Positions 59,034 to 64,000 of a stretch of 64,000 bases of DNA are shown here, piece after piece. The notes below the pieces were generated by a model. It saw only the letters and a program-made list of their open reading frames with translations, did not search any database and had not been told where the DNA came from. The position numbers were made by a program, and so were the translations under genes. Numbering within the stretch: position 1 is the first letter of the stretch; each line of letters begins with the position of its first letter. Source of the DNA: Klebsormidium nitens (lineage: Eukaryota; Plantae; Klebsormidiophyceae); the NCBI GenBank assembly GCA_000708835.1, contig DF236965.1, positions 337,726-401,725 on the forward strand, in the 5' to 3' direction.

Positions 59034-59110
59034 GAGGGAATGGCAAATGAATTGGCAAGCGTGCTCGTGGAGCTACAGAAGTCAGAGGCAGAGTGCTAGG
59101 AAAAAGTCGC

Positions 59111-60178
59111 CTAAGCTAAACGGGCTTCCCGCTCGAAGCGCTGAAGCTCGGACAAAGACACACCGGGCTGAAGGCCTAAAGAACGAGTGACAGCGAGGCG
59201 TGCCTGTAAGCGTGTCACTACGTAGCCATCCTTGGCGCGCTCGGAGCGCCAGCCGCCGTGCTCCTTGAAGAGACGATCAGGGACGTCGACATTGGCCGCG
59301 CGCGTCGCGCCCCCGCGGCGACCTGAGTGCGTGGCATACTGGTCAGGGTCGAGGCCGAGAAGAAGCGCCGCCTCCTTGAACCACGAGTTCACCGTGTGGT
59401 AGGAAGGGCAGCTGCTGCAGACGCGCTGACCAACAGGAGAAGAAACGATATTCCGGATGAGGCCACCCGGCCCTTCTGAAGCGTAGCAGCCGAAATGAAT
59501 CAGACGCTCGACTAGCTGCACGACGCAGCGATCGCCTCCCACCCGGGAAATCAGGACCCAGCGGCCCTCGCGATATTGATCCGTCTTAGATTTCTCGAGA
59601 AAACACTCCATGTGCGAAGACTCGAAGCGGATCTCCTGCCACTGAACTGTCATCAGGTCGGAAAAACGAAAGAAACCCGCGTAGCAAAGGGAGATAGCAG
59701 CGAGCTTCATGGCAGAAAAGAGATCGGCGCCCGGGGCCAAGAGCCACGTGTCGAAAAGGCGGAACACGTGCGACGCTAGCAAGGGTTTCTTCTGATTCTT
59801 GCCCTGAACGAGAGTCCGGCGCGCAATCTGTCGAGTCATAGCGACCATTGGGTGTTCTGTAGGGGAACGAAAGCCAGCTATCGAGTGGTGAAAGAAGATA
59901 GCGCCGGAGCAGGTAAGGACGGGGCTCGGAGTCTTAGCAGACCTCAGCAAAAGCGTGAAATACAAAGCGACAGTAAGCGGAGAGGCCGGAAGGAACGGAA
60001 CGCCGCGAGCCTGGCAGAATGACTTAAAGCGTTTCCAATGGCCGCTGTATGTCGAAACGGTACCCGCAGCGCGCGATTGGGACGCGCGTGCGCGCAGTTC
60101 GGACAGGAGACTGGAAAGAAGAGGATCGTCGGCTGGCAGGCCGGCGTCCGCAAGCGACCAAGCGTGCTGACCAAACAC
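59111..60178 (-). CDS. Tyrosine recombinase of the DIRS element, about 355 aa
   Basis: SRAAGTVSTY..HWKRF N-terminal SAM-like part; catalytic R (GFFRFSD), K (KSKTDQ), HxxR (HSGRRGGA), H/W (HGGW), Y (GY). No upstream AUG in frame. Confidence 0.93.
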   Translation of the reverse strand: MFGQHAWSLADAGLPADDPLLSSLLSELRARASQSRAAGTVSTYSGHWKRFKSFCQARGVPFLPASPLTVALYFTLLLRSAKTPSPVLTCSGAIFFHHSIAGFRSPTEHPMVAMTRQIARRTLVQGKNQKKPLLASHVFRLFDTWLLAPGADLFSAMKLAAISLCYAGFFRFSDLMTVQWQEIRFESSHMECFLEKSKTDQYREGRWVLISRVGGDRCVVQLVERLIHFGCYASEGPGGLIRNIVSSPVGQRVCSSCPSYHTVNSWFKEAALLLGLDPDQYATHSGRRGGATRAANVDVPDRLFKEHGGWRSERAKDGYVVTRLQARLAVTRSLGLQPGVSLSELQRFEREARLA

Positions 60179-62499
60179 GTCTGCAGAGAAATAAAAGAGA
60201 GATTAGAAGCAGCGGAGAATGGCTCACCGGAGAACGGAATCTCGAGAGTGAACACAGAGCAGAGCGGGAACCCGTGCCCGAAGAAGGAACCCGCGGAACC
60301 ACGACCGGAACGGAGTGTATCCGGACCCATAGGAAAACGGACGGAACGCCGGATGAACGGAGCCCAACTGGAACCGGAACGAAGGAGCGGCCACCAGAAC
60401 TGGCCAGGCCAGTCCAAAACTACGAGGACAATATCTGCGAGAGCTTCTAAAGCATGCTGAAGGACGCGGGGAACTAGCTTGGGCGGTGGAAAACAGTAAC
60501 AGCGGAGGCCGGACCAGGACTGGGCGAAAGCGTTCGCGCCGCGCGCGCGCGGCGTCCAGAGCTCAGAAAAGAAAGCTGGCAGAAGGGCGTTATGCTCGCT
60601 AGCGAAGCAATCGATGTCGAAGGGTCCTAGTTGCTGAANNNNNNNNNNNNNNNNNNNNNNNNNNNNNNNNNNNNNNNNNNNNNNNNNNNNNNNNNNNNNN
60701 NNNNNNNNNNNNNNNNNNNNNNNNNNNNNNNNNNNNNNNNNNNNNNNNNNNNNNNNNNNNNNNNNNNNNNNNNNNNNNNNNNNNNNNNNNNNNNNNNNNN
60801 NNNNNNNNNNNNNNNNNNNNNNNNNNNNNNNNNNNNNNNNNNNNNNNNNNNNNNNNNNNNNNNNNNNNNNNNNNNNNNNNNNNNNNNNNNNNNNNNNNNN
60901 NNNNNNNNNNNNNNNNNNNNNNNNNNNNNNNNNNNNNNNNNNNNNNNNNNNNNNNNNNNNNNNNNNNNNNNNNNNNNNNNNNNNNNNNNNNNNNNNNNNN
61001 NNNNNNNNNNNNNNNNNNNNNNNNNNNNNNNNNNNNNNNNNNNNNNNNNNNNNNNNNNNNNNNNGCAGATGCCCGACAGAACAGAGAAGGCGATGAAGGC
61101 CCTGAAGTTCACGCCAAGTCGAAGAACGGCGCCCGTGGACCTCATCGGGAGCCCAGGCGCCATGCGCAAAATGCTGTTGACCACCAATGGTCACGTGGCC
61201 ACCCCAGCCATCCGCACCGGCATCATACTGGAGAACGATGACCAGAGAAAACTGCCGCCAAATCGCTCTAGCAGAGAACTGATCAAGAGAAGACGTCCAG
61301 AAGGACAGCTCTGAGAGTGCAGCAGTATCTAAAGAGACGTGCGAGCGCCAGGAAGTGCGAGTATTCAGAGCTCTGTGGAGATAGCGTGTAAACAGGCCAG
61401 AGACCGATCCAGTAACTAACTTCATCGATGCGAGCAGGCCTGTGATGCGTGCTAACAGCTTAGCAGGGACGCGGTTAGGGGAAGACAAAGCTGATGCGAT
61501 AGCTTCCTGAAGCTTGCTTTTCTGAAGCGCTGTCAAGCGGAAGACGCCGTTAAGCGTATCGATTACAAACCCTAAAAACTTAACCACGTGGCTAAGTTGG
61601 AGCTGGCACTTTTCAGCAGAGAGGACGAAACCCGCACGAGCAAAATCGCCTAAGACCTGAGCTTGGACCTGAGCGAACTCAGCTGCAGAGCTAGTGATGA
61701 AAAGAAAATCATCGATATAGGGAATACAGCGTATACCTAAGCTACGCCAACGTTGCACTAGCTGCTTGATAAGCTTGGTGAAAACGAAACAGGCGGTAGC
61801 GAGACCAAAGGGAAGTTGACAGAAAACGTAGTACTTTCCCTCCCACTGAAAACCGAGGTACTCCCAAAAGTCCTGGTGAATGTCCACGTGGTGATAACCT
61901 GACTTGAGATCGACACTAAACAGGTAATCACGAAGTTTGCAGAGGGAACTAGCCTCGCGAATGGATTCATACTTAAACTTATCCACATGCAGGAAACTGT
62001 TCACATAGCGAAGATCCAGGATCAGGCGAAGCTTGCCAAGAGCTTTAGGGACTACACCTAGAGGGCTGACTATAAATGGTCTATGGGCGACCTGGAGAGC
62101 AGCACCGGAGGCTACGAGGGAAGCAACAGCCTCTGAGACAAAGTCAGGATACTCATACGCAGAAGGGTGGTTAGAGAACACCCGGGGTCCAACTGGAGGA
62201 GTCGTAGACCAAGGAAGCTGATAACCCGAGGAGATAATGCTGATGACAAAGGCAGAAGTACAGAAAGTACGCCAGAAAACAAGATGCTGGTGGAGACGGT
62301 TACGGAGCCATGGTTCAGTCTTGCAGCAGAGGGTTGGCCAGAAGTGGAAGGAGTCTTGGCACAGAGGGTTGGCCAGAAGTGGAAGGAGGCTTCGCAGACT
62401 TGGCAGATCGGAAACCTTCGAACTCAGCTGCTTCAGTGAGATCGGCAAGACGATGCAAAGACTCCAACTCAGCTGCAGAAGAAACAAAGGAGTGAGCAA
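59944..62499 (-). CDS. pol: DIRS pol: reverse transcriptase, RNase H and Dam-like methyltransferase domain (contains N gap)
   Basis: SPLGVVPK..KLRLILDLRYVN, VDLKSGYHHV, LPFGLA, YIDD, KFLGFVID; RNase H YDAGADGWGG...SSTWRELQG; MT region FDIDCFAS..N...F...NAFAQSW....YCFPP...W..QFWWP. Confidence 0.93.
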   Translation of the reverse strand: MLTPLFLLQLSWSLCIVLPISLKQLSSKVSDLPSLRSLLPLLANPLCQDSFHFWPTLCCKTEPWLRNRLHQHLVFWRTFCTSAFVISIISSGYQLPWSTTPPVGPRVFSNHPSAYEYPDFVSEAVASLVASGAALQVAHRPFIVSPLGVVPKALGKLRLILDLRYVNSFLHVDKFKYESIREASSLCKLRDYLFSVDLKSGYHHVDIHQDFWEYLGFQWEGKYYVFCQLPFGLATACFVFTKLIKQLVQRWRSLGIRCIPYIDDFLFITSSAAEFAQVQAQVLGDFARAGFVLSAEKCQLQLSHVVKFLGFVIDTLNGVFRLTALQKSKLQEAIASALSSPNRVPAKLLARITGLLASMKLVTGSVSGLFTRYLHRALNTRTSWRSHVSLDTAALSELSFWTSSLDQFSARAIWRQFSLVIVLQYDAGADGWGGHVTIGGQQHFAHGAWAPDEVHGRRSSTWRELQGLHRLLCSVGHLXXXXXXXXXXXXXXXXXXXXXXXXXXXXXXXXXXXXXXXXXXXXXXXXXXXXXXXXXXXXXXXXXXXXXXXXXXXXXXXXXXXXXXXXXXXXXXXXXXXXXXXXXXXXXXXXXXXXXXXXXXXXXXXXXXXXXXXXXXXXXXXQQLGPFDIDCFASEHNALLPAFFSELWTPRARGANAFAQSWSGLRCYCFPPPKLVPRVLQHALEALADIVLVVLDWPGQFWWPLLRSGSSWAPFIRRSVRFPMGPDTLRSGRGSAGSFFGHGFPLCSVFTLEIPFSGEPFSAASNLSFISLQTCLVSTLGRLRTPACQPTILFFPVSCPNCAHARPNRALRVPFRHTAAIGNALSHSARLAAFRSFRPLRLLSLCISRFC
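60639..61064. other. Assembly gap (426 N) in pol between RNase H and MT
   Basis: Run of N. Confidence 1.
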
Positions 62500-62668
62500 C
62501 TAAGTACTCAGACAAACTGCAGAGAGAAGCAATGATCGAACCACCAGGACGATGCATGAGGACAAAGCATGCAAGCAATGACGCTGACAGATGGAAGAAG
62601 AAGAAGAGAGCCTTGTACTGAAGGCTATCGGTTCACCCGAACCTAGGAAACAGGGATTTCCCTCTGGT

Positions 62669-63667
62669 TTATAGGACCAGGCAGCCCGCAGACTGAGAAG
62701 CGCGCATGCGCAGAATGTTCTTATGCAAAGAGTCAGTGCCTGCATTTGCTCTTCCTGCTTGCAAAACTGCTGCAGCCTTGTTAGGACACTCTGCATTGAG
62801 ATGGCCATACTGATGGCATGAGAAGCAAGGACCTCTAAGACCACCTCCCTGTCCTGCCTGCTGGAAACCACGACCCTGGAAACCACCCTGCTGGAAGCCA
62901 CCTTGGAAACCCTTGGAGAAACCACCTTTCCTGCCACGGAACTGACCGAAGCCAAACGAGTTGCGCTTCTTCTTGATGGACTTGTCCTTGACTTCAGACT
63001 TGACCTCTTTCTTGGCCTTCTTGAGTTTCGTCTTCACATCATCAGGGAGATCGAGCAGGAAGTCATGTTCGTCCATCTTCTTCGCGACATCCCATGTCTC
63101 AGCCTCAGCAATTTCATAGAAATGCATGCGGTCTTGGAGGATAGACAAACCTTCGTCCAGGATGTCGTCCATCTTGTCCACTTGCTCAGGCGCCATGCCA
63201 ATGCCGCTCTCCTTGGCCTCAGTGACAGCCTCCTTGATTGCGGAGAACCTGATGTGCGACTCCTCGAGCGGAATATAGTTCTTCTTGGCTGCCTCGTTCT
63301 TGAACTTGTCCGCCTTCCGTTTCTTGTGCTCAAAGCTCCCAGAAATAGCGTCATGCACGGAGGTCTCAATCTTCTCCTTGATGTTGGACAGTTCAGACTT
63401 CAAGTCTCGCACAGTGGAAGTGAACACATCGAACATTGCAGCCATAGGGTTTGCCTGTTGCTGAGCATCATCCTGAGGAGGAGCCTGCTGCGGAAGGTCC
63501 TGCTGGAAAGGTGCATGCTGTGCATGCTGCTGAGCGTGGGGAGCCTGCTGATGCTGAGGAGCTTGCTGCGCAAAACCACCACCAAAACCAGGGAACTGAG
63601 GAGCATTCTGGAAGAGGTTGGTCCAGAAGGCGAAAGGATTCACAGGCGGAAGACCTTGGCCAGGCAT
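62669..63667 (-). CDS. gag: DIRS gag-like ORF1, 332 aa, Gln-rich N-terminus and CCHC knuckle
   Basis: ATG at 63667; QQAP repeats, coiled region, KFKNEAAKKNY, G/Q/F-rich stretch, CFSCHQYGHLNAEC. Confidence 0.8.
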   Translation of the reverse strand: MPGQGLPPVNPFAFWTNLFQNAPQFPGFGGGFAQQAPQHQQAPHAQQHAQHAPFQQDLPQQAPPQDDAQQQANPMAAMFDVFTSTVRDLKSELSNIKEKIETSVHDAISGSFEHKKRKADKFKNEAAKKNYIPLEESHIRFSAIKEAVTEAKESGIGMAPEQVDKMDDILDEGLSILQDRMHFYEIAEAETWDVAKKMDEHDFLLDLPDDVKTKLKKAKKEVKSEVKDKSIKKKRNSFGFGQFRGRKGGFSKGFQGGFQQGGFQGRGFQQAGQGGGLRGPCFSCHQYGHLNAECPNKAAAVLQAGRANAGTDSLHKNILRMRASQSAGCLVL

Positions 63668-64000
63668 GTTGGCGAAAGCATTCGGGTCGAAGTTCCTGTT
63701 GAAGTTCGGATTGTCCCATGCAGCAGCTTGATCTTGTCCTTGTCGTGCATGTCCTTCGTCTTGAGCGCCGCGAAGAAGTCATGCAGAGGGGGTGCTCCCT
63801 GATTTAGGTCGATCCCAGCCATTGTAGGGAGCAGCTGACAAGTGGATCCCAGTGAAAAAACACTGAAGATACACTGAAAACCAAACGGAGAGAAGCAAAA
63901 CAGGGAAGAAGGAAGGAGAAAAGGGGTTTAAAGCGGAGTACGAGAACGTTCGTAGCAGTCACGAGAGAAGCAGAATGAAGAAGAAAGAGCAGAACGCTGC

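Larger units (their letters stand above)
59040..64000 (-). mobile_element. DIRS-type tyrosine-recombinase retrotransposon; termini not resolved, probably continues past the window
   Basis: Order gag (CCHC) - RT/RNaseH/MT - YR on one strand; no LTRs or TSD seen. Confidence 0.93.

Noticed and set aside
61567-61578. AAACCCTAAAAA as a possible telomerase RNA template
   Set aside because: Lies inside the RT coding motif FLGFVI, with no promoter or TR structure. No telomerase RNA was found in the window.
59030-64000. Terminal inverted or split direct repeats of the DIRS element
   Set aside because: Only a weak CACGAG.GAA..AATGAA similarity (near 59031 versus 63960); not enough to define termini, and the 5' end may be outside the window.

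Overview
Intron-rich eukaryotic nuclear DNA, most likely a streptophyte (charophyte) alga such as Klebsormidium. This is inferred from the plant-type U2 5' end, plant-type TERT, a Root_cap-family gene and GC-rich exons with several-hundred-bp GT-AG introns; I cannot confirm the species. Left to right: a secreted Cys-rich Root_cap-family gene (-), a 493-bp MITE, a peroxisomal (SKL) 4CL-like acyl-CoA ligase (+), a very large telomerase reverse transcriptase of about 2,290 aa (-) head-to-head with a secreted LCAT/PLA-family acyltransferase (+), a class-3 lipase pseudogene, an intronless orphan membrane protein, a young non-autonomous Copia-type LTR element (gag + zinc knuckles + protease only), two MYND-finger genes (-), cytosolic phosphoglucomutase (-) with a complete U2 snRNA gene inside one intron, and a DIRS-type tyrosine-recombinase retrotransposon (gag, RT-RNaseH-methyltransferase, YR) running off the right edge. 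The most interesting signals are recoding hypotheses in the two retroelements (a short intron that would fuse DIRS pol to the recombinase; a CCC-UAG +1 shift site in the Copia element), the giant TERT with a ~290-aa insert in the palm, and the intron-nested U2. Exon models were read by eye from GT-AG sites and frame continuity and need RNA-seq confirmation. I found no clear evidence of a wholly new multi-gene system.
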